In this document: positions 1 through 7,924 of the stretch, one piece after another
Layout of the letters: each line of letters begins with the position of its first letter
Position numbering within the stretch: the stretch's first letter is position 1
Virus record (IMG/VR): IMGVR_UViG_3300027628_000013
Strand: one strand, 5' to 3'
Origin: a virus
Lineage: Duplodnaviria > Heunggongvirae > Uroviricota > Caudoviricetes > Herelleviridae
DNA: 12,516 nt
The notes under the pieces: generated by a model
Database searches by the model: none
What the model was told of the DNA's origin: nothing
Seen by the model: the letters and a program-made list of their open reading frames with translations, nothing else
Position numbers and translations under genes: made by a program

Positions 1-20
1 AAGAAGATTGTGAGGACTAT

Positions 21-389
21 ATGTCTGAACATGTACTTGATAAAGGAACAAGCGTAAAGCAGAGTGCCAGTGACCTAACAAAAGAGGTACTGAATGCTGT
101 CAAGAATACAATTGACAATAAGCCACACGGTATCCGCAATCATGTTACTATGATTCCAGCAGGAGAGACAAACGTTCTACGTCAGGTTATAGAGTGTGTG
201 TTTGATGCTTTAAGTAATGGTCACACAGTGAACACTGTATATGTCAACAAGCAAATGATGGAAGAGATAGCTGAGGAGTGTCAGATTGACTTAGCTAATG
301 GACCGATAGGTAAGATAATGGTGTCTGATGTAATGATTAGCTTGAAAGTAGACAACACGCTAGACTACTTGGTAGTGGCTGTAGAATGA
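21..389 (+). CDS. hypothetical phage protein (122 aa)
   Basis: GAGG at 13-16 upstream of ATG; stop overlaps next start (ATGA 386-389); no recognisable motif. Confidence 0.7.
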   Translation: MSEHVLDKGTSVKQSASDLTKEVLNAVKNTIDNKPHGIRNHVTMIPAGETNVLRQVIECVFDALSNGHTVNTVYVNKQMMEEIAEECQIDLANGPIGKIMVSDVMISLKVDNTLDYLVVAVE

Positions 390-619
390 GTGGTCTAGAG
401 CGTTATATCTTCCTAGTTGTACCTATAGGGCATGAGGATAAGGCTGGGGTAGTACTAGGCAAGAGCGATGAGCATGCCATAGAGAAGGCTTCAGAGCATC
501 CAACTATACAGAAGATATTGGAGAAGTCAGACTTACGCTTTGCTGTACGGAATCTAACAGAACAGTTTGAAAAGGAAGGCTATAACGTGTCTGTTACCTT
601 GAAGGGTATATATCATTAG
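386..619 (+). CDS. hypothetical phage protein (77 aa)
   Basis: ATGA overlap with the upstream ORF suggests translational coupling; no recognisable motif. Confidence 0.65.
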   Translation: MSGLERYIFLVVPIGHEDKAGVVLGKSDEHAIEKASEHPTIQKILEKSDLRFAVRNLTEQFEKEGYNVSVTLKGIYH

Positions 620-668
620 ATATATGCTCTTTTTTATTTTTCTCAAAGAAGACAAGGAGGTAATGTAT

Positions 669-1172
669 ATGAGTGATAAAAAGGAGAAAAAGGCGGTTGT
701 TAGTAGCTTTGCTATGAAGTTCTCTAAGGCTGCTAACCTAACGACTGATGTAGAAGAAGCTAAGCACGAACATAGAACGAATATTAAGAGTTTGATGGAT
801 AAATACTTGGAAGATGTTAATAAAGGCAAGGCTGAAGGTATACAGAATGCTAAACAGCTTGCTGACCTTATCAAACTGGATATGCTTTTACTTGGTGAAG
901 CCACTGAGCGTACTGAAAGTACCCTTGATGAAGTTAAGATGACCAAACTATCACAGGTTGTTAGTGCTAATGACCCTGATGTTAAAAAGCTTATGGACAA
1001 TGCTCTGAAAGCTATCAACGGTGTAAATGATGACGCTGAGATTAAGATTGAGCGTAAGGAAGTCGAGAACCCTATGGATCAGCTAGACCAAGAGAAACAA
1101 GACTTACATGATATGATTCGTAAGCAAGCTTTAGGGGAGACAATAGAAAACGAGGAAGAAGAGGAAGGATAA
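669..1172 (+). CDS. probable terminase small subunit (167 aa)
   Basis: Start moved from 624 to ATG 669 because AAGGAGG (654-660) lies 8 nt upstream. Helical, charged protein with LIKLDMLLLGEATER and an acidic tail, directly upstream of terL. The function call is mostly positional. Confidence 0.55.
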   Translation: MSDKKEKKAVVSSFAMKFSKAANLTTDVEEAKHEHRTNIKSLMDKYLEDVNKGKAEGIQNAKQLADLIKLDMLLLGEATERTESTLDEVKMTKLSQVVSANDPDVKKLMDNALKAINGVNDDAEIKIERKEVENPMDQLDQEKQDLHDMIRKQALGETIENEEEEEG

Positions 1173-1195
1173 GGTTACCACCTTATCCTCTTTTT
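1166..1195 (+). terminator. intrinsic terminator-like hairpin between putative terS and terL
   Basis: 9-bp stem AGGATAAGG (1166-1174) / CCTTATCCT (1181-1189), 6-nt loop, followed by CTTTTT. Confidence 0.5.
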
Positions 1196-1211
1196 ATAGG
1201 AGGTTTTAGCT

Positions 1212-2870
1212 ATGGACAACATCAGTAGTAGAGAGCTACAAGCTGTACTGGAAAAGAAAGACCCTGCATTATGGGCGCTTAAGCATAGATTCATTAAAGG
1301 AAACCCAATGACCTTTTTTAGTAATAAAACTGCACTGAAGCATAGACCGTGGCAGATTGACATACTGCGTGACCAACACCCTAACAAAACTGTACGTAAG
1401 TCACGTCAGTTAGGACTATCAGAAATGGCAATTACAGAGTTCATATGGTTCTTAGATACACATAATAACACCAAAGCAATGTACACGTTCCCACGTAAAG
1501 AGCAAATGGAGGATTTTAGTAACACTCGTATTGCTCCTATCTTTGAGGAATCTGAATACTTAATGACCACTCTTGATAAGAAAATGAACAACGTTCGTCT
1601 TAAAAAGATTAGAGATAGTGTACTCTTCCTACGTTCTGCATGGGGTTCGGGTTTAGGGGAGGGTGCCGATATCGACATCCTAGGTCTGGATGAGTATGAC
1701 CGTATGAAAGATAATGTAGAGGTAGCCTTCCAAGAGTCCCTAAAATCCTCTCACTACGGCTTCATGCGCAGATGGTCTACTCCTACTATACCTGGACGTG
1801 GCGTTGACTTCTTATTTCAAAAGTCTGACCAGCGTTTCTACTACCATAAGTGTGATAAATGTGGTCATTGGCAATTCCTAGACCCTGATAGCATCGTGTG
1901 TATTGATGACAAAAAGGTAGACATGATTAATGAAATTATTGATAACGGAGCATACCAGTTCCAGTGTAAGAGATGCCATAGGGAGCTTAACCGCTGGAAT
2001 CAGGGGGAATATGTAGCTCACTACCCAACTCGTAAGGACATCCGTGGTTATCACATTTCTCAGCTAGATGCTGTATGGATTAGTGCAGATGAAGTAATGC
2101 GTAACCAATTTGAGTACAAGTCAAAACAGCTATTCTATAACTACGTTATTGGAATACCTTATGCTTCTGAGGGTTTGATTATCACAGACCAAGATGTATA
2201 TAACTGTATTAAACACCAAGACCCAATTGGACACAGGGACTATTCTAAGTATAAGAGAATCGTAGCTGGGGTTGACTGGGGACATTTCAACTGGATGGTT
2301 GTGCTTGGGCTTACAGAAGATGATAGGGTTGACCTATTGGATTTGCATTGGGCTGAAGACAACCCACATAAACCCCTTGAATCGGTGAACCAGTTTGTTG
2401 CCTTATTAAAGCCTTATGACCCTGACGTTATAGTAGCAGATAATGGTTTCGGTGCTGATAGAAACTCTTACTTACTACAGCAGTTCCCTGCTAAAGTCTT
2501 TGCATGTGATTGGGATACTCCTAAGAACAATATTCCATTAGTAGATGCGTGGAGTGATGGCTCCCAACGTGTTCGTGTAGACAAAACTACTAAGATGAAA
2601 CGTACCCTTTATAATATCAAAGGTAGAGCACTTGGAGTGTTCAACATAAACGGTGAAGGTTCTGAAAAGCTTAAAATGCTTATAAAGCATTTAAAGAACG
2701 TTCGTACCATCGTAGAAGAAGATGAAGGTGAAATCTATGAGCGTGTAACACGTATTGGTGATGACCATTTAGCCTGTGCCCTTACTTATGGATACATTGC
2801 TCTTGACAGAATACTAGGTCTACACCTACCTCAGAACACTGATTTACTTGGAGACTACGAACGAATGTAA
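1212..2870 (+). CDS. terL: terminase large subunit, GpA/Herelleviridae type (552 aa)
   Basis: AGGAGG RBS; Walker A-like VRKSRQLGLSE; MYTFP; Walker B LGLDEYDRM; motif III WSTPT; CxxC...CxxC (CDKC, CKRC); RNase H-like nuclease motifs AGVDWG, VIVADNG and GDDH. Confidence 0.95.
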   Translation: MDNISSRELQAVLEKKDPALWALKHRFIKGNPMTFFSNKTALKHRPWQIDILRDQHPNKTVRKSRQLGLSEMAITEFIWFLDTHNNTKAMYTFPRKEQMEDFSNTRIAPIFEESEYLMTTLDKKMNNVRLKKIRDSVLFLRSAWGSGLGEGADIDILGLDEYDRMKDNVEVAFQESLKSSHYGFMRRWSTPTIPGRGVDFLFQKSDQRFYYHKCDKCGHWQFLDPDSIVCIDDKKVDMINEIIDNGAYQFQCKRCHRELNRWNQGEYVAHYPTRKDIRGYHISQLDAVWISADEVMRNQFEYKSKQLFYNYVIGIPYASEGLIITDQDVYNCIKHQDPIGHRDYSKYKRIVAGVDWGHFNWMVVLGLTEDDRVDLLDLHWAEDNPHKPLESVNQFVALLKPYDPDVIVADNGFGADRNSYLLQQFPAKVFACDWDTPKNNIPLVDAWSDGSQRVRVDKTTKMKRTLYNIKGRALGVFNINGEGSEKLKMLIKHLKNVRTIVEEDEGEIYERVTRIGDDHLACALTYGYIALDRILGLHLPQNTDLLGDYERM

Positions 2871-2886
2871 TATGGAGGTGAGGATT

Positions 2887-4533
2887 TTGGAACTTTATAT
2901 TGATTTAATCAAAGCAGAGCTGAACACAGCGAAGCTTGTTAAGAGAGCAGTACAGGTAAAAGGGAAAAACGGTCAAATGTTCACTAGGATGCAATGGGTT
3001 GACCCTAACGATGCCAGTACTGGTAATGGTACACGTCACATACAAAGCAAACTAGACTTCCAGATTGCTAAAGAGCATGGTATCATGAAACACCCTCATG
3101 CTGTTAAAGCTATGGCTGACCAAGGTGTTAAGATGGAGCACCACGATTGGGATAAACACCCCAGCTTTCATTTACCTGAGACTGAGGAGAGTGCCAAGCA
3201 TGCTAAGACAGAGGGCTTGATAAATCATACTCCTCATGGGGGTAAGGGTAATCAACATGACGACCCTGCTGTGCATAAAATGTTGGTGAAGCATGGTCTT
3301 CACCCACATATCCATGAAGTTGCTAAGGGATTCAATGATGCTATAGCTGGAGCTAAGGCTGACCCTGACTACGAAGAATACTCTCCAGAAACTAAGCATG
3401 AGGTTCTATTAGGGGCTGTAAATAGCCACATTCTAGAGCACTGGGATAAGGTTAGTGGTGCTCTTAAGGAGGAGATTAATGCAGACCCTGATACGGATTC
3501 AGTAATTAAGTTCACTAAGCTAGCGGCACTTAAGAGAACTACTAAGCATGAAGGTGCCATCCTAGCAGGAGTACATCCTCATTTAGCTCATGAAGCTGTA
3601 AACTCTATAGTAGGAGATGTGGACAAAGCCAATGGTTATAGGGGTGCACTAGCAACCTCTAACCTCACCATCAATGCTGACCACAGGGCATTGAAGCCCA
3701 TCATGAAAGAGGGATACAAGGCTTCCACTATGGAGGGGTATATACAGAAGACTATGGGTGATGAAGCGTGGTCACAAATGAATGATTGGTTAGCGGAAAA
3801 GACTACTCCTGAGATTATTGAAGCCATGGAAGATGATACTGAGTATGACTGGAGTGACGTTATAGACCGTATGCATGCGGAATACGACTCTATTGGGCTA
3901 GAAGCAGAGGACAACAAGCCAACATATGTAGCCTACAATGCAGGAGGTCACAAGGAAGGGGGAGCAGAGCACTTTGGTAGTGGTGTTATAAAGGTAGATG
4001 ACTCTATCTTGAAGCACTGTACAGCTACTTATGGTGACAGCTTCTTTGACACTCGTAACATTCCTAGCATTCATAGTATGGATCACCTAAAAGATGCGTT
4101 CCTTCTAAAACAAATAGGCAAAGGTAACCTAGCAGGGGAGTGGACTATGGGTAATGCAGAGGATGCCCTGATAGGTACAACAGCTCAGTCTATTCCAATA
4201 GAGCTTCAGTACCACCATCCTATGATTGAACCGCACCTAATGGAAATAGCTAACTACGGCTTAGGAAGTGTAGATGATGATTTTGCAGGAGAGGACATAG
4301 AGGATGGATTAGGAGACATATCAGACTTATTTGACGATGACGACTTCTCCTTATCAGACGATGACTTAGAGGAGTTAGGTGACTTTGAAGACTATGATGA
4401 CAGTGACGACCTATTTGATCAGTTAGAAGAAGCTGATTCTCCTATAGATGATGGTCTAGGTGACCTAGAGGATGATGACTTCGCAGATTGGGATACCTTA
4501 TTTGATGACCTAGAAGAGGAGGACAAAAAATGA
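2887..4533 (+). CDS. modular protein (548 aa): N-terminal LYIDLIKA motif, 28-aa basic hairpin module, His-rich region, divergent DUF3626-like domain, acidic tail; putative virion internal protein
   Basis: GGAGGTGA (2874-2881) 5 nt before TTG 2887 favours this start over 2848 or 2872. DUF3626-like motifs KPTYVAYN, HFGSG..K...CTATYGDS and IELQYH. 44 D/E in the last 91 residues. Confidence 0.75.
   Translation: MELYIDLIKAELNTAKLVKRAVQVKGKNGQMFTRMQWVDPNDASTGNGTRHIQSKLDFQIAKEHGIMKHPHAVKAMADQGVKMEHHDWDKHPSFHLPETEESAKHAKTEGLINHTPHGGKGNQHDDPAVHKMLVKHGLHPHIHEVAKGFNDAIAGAKADPDYEEYSPETKHEVLLGAVNSHILEHWDKVSGALKEEINADPDTDSVIKFTKLAALKRTTKHEGAILAGVHPHLAHEAVNSIVGDVDKANGYRGALATSNLTINADHRALKPIMKEGYKASTMEGYIQKTMGDEAWSQMNDWLAEKTTPEIIEAMEDDTEYDWSDVIDRMHAEYDSIGLEAEDNKPTYVAYNAGGHKEGGAEHFGSGVIKVDDSILKHCTATYGDSFFDTRNIPSIHSMDHLKDAFLLKQIGKGNLAGEWTMGNAEDALIGTTAQSIPIELQYHHPMIEPHLMEIANYGLGSVDDDFAGEDIEDGLGDISDLFDDDDFSLSDDDLEELGDFEDYDDSDDLFDQLEEADSPIDDGLGDLEDDDFADWDTLFDDLEEEDKK
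2923..3006 (+). repeat. 28-aa module NTAKLVKRAVQVKGKNGQ[MV]FTRMQWVDP, copy 1 (copy 2 at 5469-5552)
   Basis: 27/28 identical residues between the two ORFs. Confidence 0.95.
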
Positions 4534-7500
4534 CTAAGACACACATAGTAGCAGTTAATAGTGAGCGCACTCATGTAATCCTCAAAAGAGGACATCACTA
4601 TGCTTTAGTTAAAAGAAGACATGGTATTACAAGACATACAAAATGGGGAGGTCATAAAGTACTGAGTTCCCTAGTGACCAAGGGCAGTAGCTACAAGAAG
4701 CTTAAGAAGCCTAAGTTATACAAAGGTCATGATTTTGCTAAGTCTCAGGAGCTTACTATTGACTTAGAAAAGGGAAGAAAGTCTACTGGACGTGTAGACA
4801 AACAACCCGAACGTAAGTCTAAGCTAGACAATCTAGCTGAACAAATGAGCCTACAGAACTTTAAGCAAGACCTCATTGTACAGCAAGTTGTAAGCAAATC
4901 AGACGAATTAGTGATTGACTTGGAAAAGGCTGGAAAAGTTCATTTGCCACAAGGAGCGGAGCGTTTTGCCTATAAAGTTCCTAGTGAGCACGGTGTCATT
5001 TACATCCCTGTCAACCGCTTGAAGCAGGTTTATCAGACTGATGGAGCCTTAAACCCTAAGAAGATTAGTGAAAACCGCATGAAAATGCGTCAAGGTATTC
5101 CGTTGGAGCCTGTGGAAATTGGGTACAACTATGATGTACATGATGGTCACCATAGATGGCATGCGGCTATGGGTGAGGGGCATACCCACGTTCCTTGTAA
5201 GGTAAAAGGAACTGACCCTAAGAAACTAGCTGAAGCTAAACTGAACTATAGAGCTATTTGGAAGTCTACTTACGCTGAAGCAATGATGTGCAGAGATGTA
5301 GCAATTGCTAAAAGTTTAAGTAACCGTAATGACTTCTCAGTAGACCCAGCAGAAGAGGTAGAAAAGAAAAATAAGGCTAACTCAGAACATGCTCTTAAGC
5401 AGTTTTTAAGAGATTTAGGTATTGAGAAGTCTATCCCTCTAGTAATTGACATCACTAAAGGTCAGATTAACACAGCTAAACTAGTGAAGCGTGCTGTTCA
5501 GGTTAAAGGTAAGAACGGTCAGGTATTTACTCGTATGCAATGGGTAGACCCACATGACAAGGAAGCTATGGCAAAGACTAAGGCACCTGAGGAAGGTAAC
5601 CACTCTACTTTCTTACACCATGAGAAAGAGGTAAAGGAAATAGAAAGACGTCAGAGTAATAAGTTTCCTGTGCGCCACCATAAGACAGAAGACCTTAAGA
5701 ACACTAACCATAACTACCGTGTTGATAAGGACAAACTAGCTCAGGCAGAGAAGGATTATAAGGCTGGTAAGCACTTAGCTCCTGTCAAGATTAACCATAA
5801 AGGTGAAATCATTGACAACCACCACCTAGTAGACCTTGCTAAGAAGCATAAATTGTCTCATGTACCTGTAATGGTCTTTGGTAACCCTAGCATGAAGAAG
5901 GAGCTAGAGGAGAAGCTAAAAGACAAGGTTACTTATCACGATAAGGAAACTGGTGAAAAAGAGGTACTTGGTAAGCAAGGAAATGGTCACTTCTCACCAT
6001 ATGCATACGACAGAAATACTGAATATGCAACTCAACTTAAAGAGTTTGAGTCTATGGTTAAGCGCTTCCCTAGACAGCACGTAATGGATGAAGCCAAACG
6101 ACAAGGTATTGGGTGGAAATCTGATACAGACACTGGTAAAGAAGCTCCAGCACCTATTCAGTGGATGCGTGCAATGTCAGCTATCAAGAAACATATTACT
6201 ACAGGTGGTACTTTCGAGCTTAAGGAAGACCGCAAATTAATGAAGCAAAGAGCCAAAGAGCTAGGCAAGGGTAATGTTGATGTAGCATTCCAAGACCTTC
6301 TTGCTAAGCACGGTAATGACCGTGGTAAATTAATGGAGTGGGCTGATAGCAACGGTGTAGTTTGGAGACAAAAGAGTGACCCAGCTATTAACTGGATGTA
6401 TGCGGCTACTGCTATTAAGAAGGAATTAGCTAAAGGTAGGATGCTAGATGGAGTACGAACTCGTAACAAAGCTGATATGGCTGAAGCTAACCTTGTGGTC
6501 AGTGATAGTGTTAAAGCAATGGTTAAGAACATTGGTAAGAAGCATGACCGTGCAGACATCATGGAACGTATGATGGAGCTAGGTATCTCTTATGAAAACA
6601 CTAACAAGAAGGGTGAAGCATTACCTCAGAACTCTCCTATACTTTGGATGAGAGCTTCTACAGCTCTACAAAAGTATATAGCTCAGGGTAATCAGTTCCA
6701 TATGAAAGGTGAAGACCCTAATGCAGATGGTATCACTGCAACTCTAGGAAACTATGGTGATGGTAAGGTTTCTAAGTCTTCTGAAGTTGCATTGGACATT
6801 GCTAAGGCTAACAGTAAGAACTTTGAAGCACAGGCTAGTAAATGGGCTAAGAGAGCCTTTATGGTGGACTTTGGTGTAGAAGAAGGTAAGGCTGAAGAAA
6901 TGTACAAGGACTTCATGGAAAAGGCTAGAGGTACCAAGGTAATGGTTCACTTTGACCCACTAGAACAGCTCAAAGGCGGTACTAGTATGATAGACCAAAT
7001 GCTATCAGATGGAGTTATGAAGAATGACTTTGACCTTGATAGAGGGCATGACCAAGAGCATAAAGAGTCTATCGAAGCAGACCTCTACGGTGATGACTAT
7101 AATCCTAAGACTGATAGTGAGAGAGCGGTTTATGGGGTTGCGGATTTATTTAATCATGGAATCAATTCTTCTCCATATGGTGATGCGGCTATCACTCTTA
7201 AAGATGATGTAAGAAAGAGAACAACAGCGACACACTTAGATTCTAATAGCATTCCCTATGGTCAGGAAGGTAAGCAGGTCTACTCTATGGAAGACCCTCA
7301 CCACCTTCTAGTACAGAGATGGCATAGTCGTTGGAAAACTCCTAACAAGCCTGATGCACAGCGTAAACGTGCTATCGAGTCTGTTATCAATGGAACTCCT
7401 TACAAAGATGATAAGCGTTACTTTGAATCTCAAGTACACGGTACTATTGACTTTGCTAAGGACGTGGAGAACATCACTATACCTCAAGAGTGGAAGAATA

Positions 7501-7574
7501 AGGAGCATGCAGATAAGCACAGTAAGATTACTGAATTTGCTAACATGCACAACATTCCAATTAAGTATGAATAA
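4530..7574 (+). CDS. multidomain protein (1014 aa): two ParB/Srx-like domains, three W-M-R helical repeats, C-terminal DUF3626-like domain; putative virion internal polyprotein
   Basis: AGAGGAGG RBS and ATGA overlap. ParB-like DVHDGHHRWHAA...HVPC (4998-5210) and degenerate IIDNHHL...HVPV (5664-5882). DUF3626-like VMVHFDP, RAVYG, PYGDAAITLK..VRKRTTATHLDS and YFESQVHG..DFAKDV (6936-7490). Confidence 0.8.
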   Translation: MTKTHIVAVNSERTHVILKRGHHYALVKRRHGITRHTKWGGHKVLSSLVTKGSSYKKLKKPKLYKGHDFAKSQELTIDLEKGRKSTGRVDKQPERKSKLDNLAEQMSLQNFKQDLIVQQVVSKSDELVIDLEKAGKVHLPQGAERFAYKVPSEHGVIYIPVNRLKQVYQTDGALNPKKISENRMKMRQGIPLEPVEIGYNYDVHDGHHRWHAAMGEGHTHVPCKVKGTDPKKLAEAKLNYRAIWKSTYAEAMMCRDVAIAKSLSNRNDFSVDPAEEVEKKNKANSEHALKQFLRDLGIEKSIPLVIDITKGQINTAKLVKRAVQVKGKNGQVFTRMQWVDPHDKEAMAKTKAPEEGNHSTFLHHEKEVKEIERRQSNKFPVRHHKTEDLKNTNHNYRVDKDKLAQAEKDYKAGKHLAPVKINHKGEIIDNHHLVDLAKKHKLSHVPVMVFGNPSMKKELEEKLKDKVTYHDKETGEKEVLGKQGNGHFSPYAYDRNTEYATQLKEFESMVKRFPRQHVMDEAKRQGIGWKSDTDTGKEAPAPIQWMRAMSAIKKHITTGGTFELKEDRKLMKQRAKELGKGNVDVAFQDLLAKHGNDRGKLMEWADSNGVVWRQKSDPAINWMYAATAIKKELAKGRMLDGVRTRNKADMAEANLVVSDSVKAMVKNIGKKHDRADIMERMMELGISYENTNKKGEALPQNSPILWMRASTALQKYIAQGNQFHMKGEDPNADGITATLGNYGDGKVSKSSEVALDIAKANSKNFEAQASKWAKRAFMVDFGVEEGKAEEMYKDFMEKARGTKVMVHFDPLEQLKGGTSMIDQMLSDGVMKNDFDLDRGHDQEHKESIEADLYGDDYNPKTDSERAVYGVADLFNHGINSSPYGDAAITLKDDVRKRTTATHLDSNSIPYGQEGKQVYSMEDPHHLLVQRWHSRWKTPNKPDAQRKRAIESVINGTPYKDDKRYFESQVHGTIDFAKDVENITIPQEWKNKEHADKHSKITEFANMHNIPIKYE
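4734..6809 (+). repeat. four dispersed 14-aa repeats, hydrophobic-x-KS-xx-[LV]-x-[IL]D[LI]-x-K[AG]
   Basis: FAKSQELTIDLEKG (4734-4775), VSKSDELVIDLEKA (4890-4931), IEKSIPLVIDITKG (5421-5462), VSKSSEVALDIAKA (6768-6809). A half-site ELYIDLIKA lies at 2890-2916. Confidence 0.85.
6072..6698 (+). repeat. three ~45-50-aa helical W-M-R repeats (fourth copy at 9428-9553)
   Basis: Consensus R-x2-[VLI][ML][DE]-x5-G[IV]-x-[WY]...[IV]-x-WM[RY]-x3-A[IL]-x-K-x-[IL] at 6072-6215, 6321-6446 and 6549-6698. Confidence 0.85.
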
Positions 7575-7585
7575 GGAGGATTAGG

Positions 7586-7858
7586 ATGAAGGTACTAGCA
7601 ATCAAGCCTACAGCTGACATATTCTCAGCTAAGGCAATATATGAAAAGAACGGTAAGTTATACTTGAGAAGTGGTAAGGATGGGTTTACGGAGGGTCAGC
7701 CCCTCCAAACCACCTTATCAGGAGCTACAGCAAAGTGGGGTTTTCGTAAGGTAATGAACCCACCTGAGTTTAGGGACGGAAATGAGCTGAAACAGAACAT
7801 CCCTAACTTCAGTATGAACAGTGATGGTAGCATTCAGTTTAATAGCTCTATTCTATAG
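7586..7858 (+). CDS. hypothetical protein (90 aa)
   Basis: AAGGAGG RBS upstream; last gene before a terminator. Confidence 0.8.
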   Translation: MKVLAIKPTADIFSAKAIYEKNGKLYLRSGKDGFTEGQPLQTTLSGATAKWGFRKVMNPPEFRDGNELKQNIPNFSMNSDGSIQFNSSIL

Positions 7859-7891
7859 GGGGTGAAGCTTTCGGGCTTCCCTCCTTTTTTT
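7857..7891 (+). terminator. intrinsic terminator
   Basis: GC-rich stem GAAGCT-TTCG-GGCTTC extended by GGGGG/CCTCC (one bulge), followed by T7. Confidence 0.9.
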
Positions 7892-7924
7892 ATGTCAAGA
7901 AGACGATGAGGGGAGACGGTCAGT

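Noticed and set aside
608-625. Inverted repeat ATATATC-ATTA-GATATAT upstream of putative terS
   Set aside because: AT-only arms in an AT-rich spacer; could be chance or a weak terminator, and no second copy was seen.
1212-2870. Intron or intein in terL, as in several herelleviruses
   Set aside because: Continuous 552-aa frame with all motifs at normal spacing and no intein or homing-endonuclease signature.
4522-4533. -1 frameshift on the A6 run fusing the 548-aa and 1014-aa ORFs
   Set aside because: C-AAA-AAA is not a canonical X-XXY-YYZ site; the strong RBS and ATGA overlap explain the junction as translational coupling.
4258-4533. CRISPR-like or tandem DNA repeats in the acidic tail
   Set aside because: Repeats are in-frame protein-level motifs with synonymous variation and no fixed repeat-spacer period.
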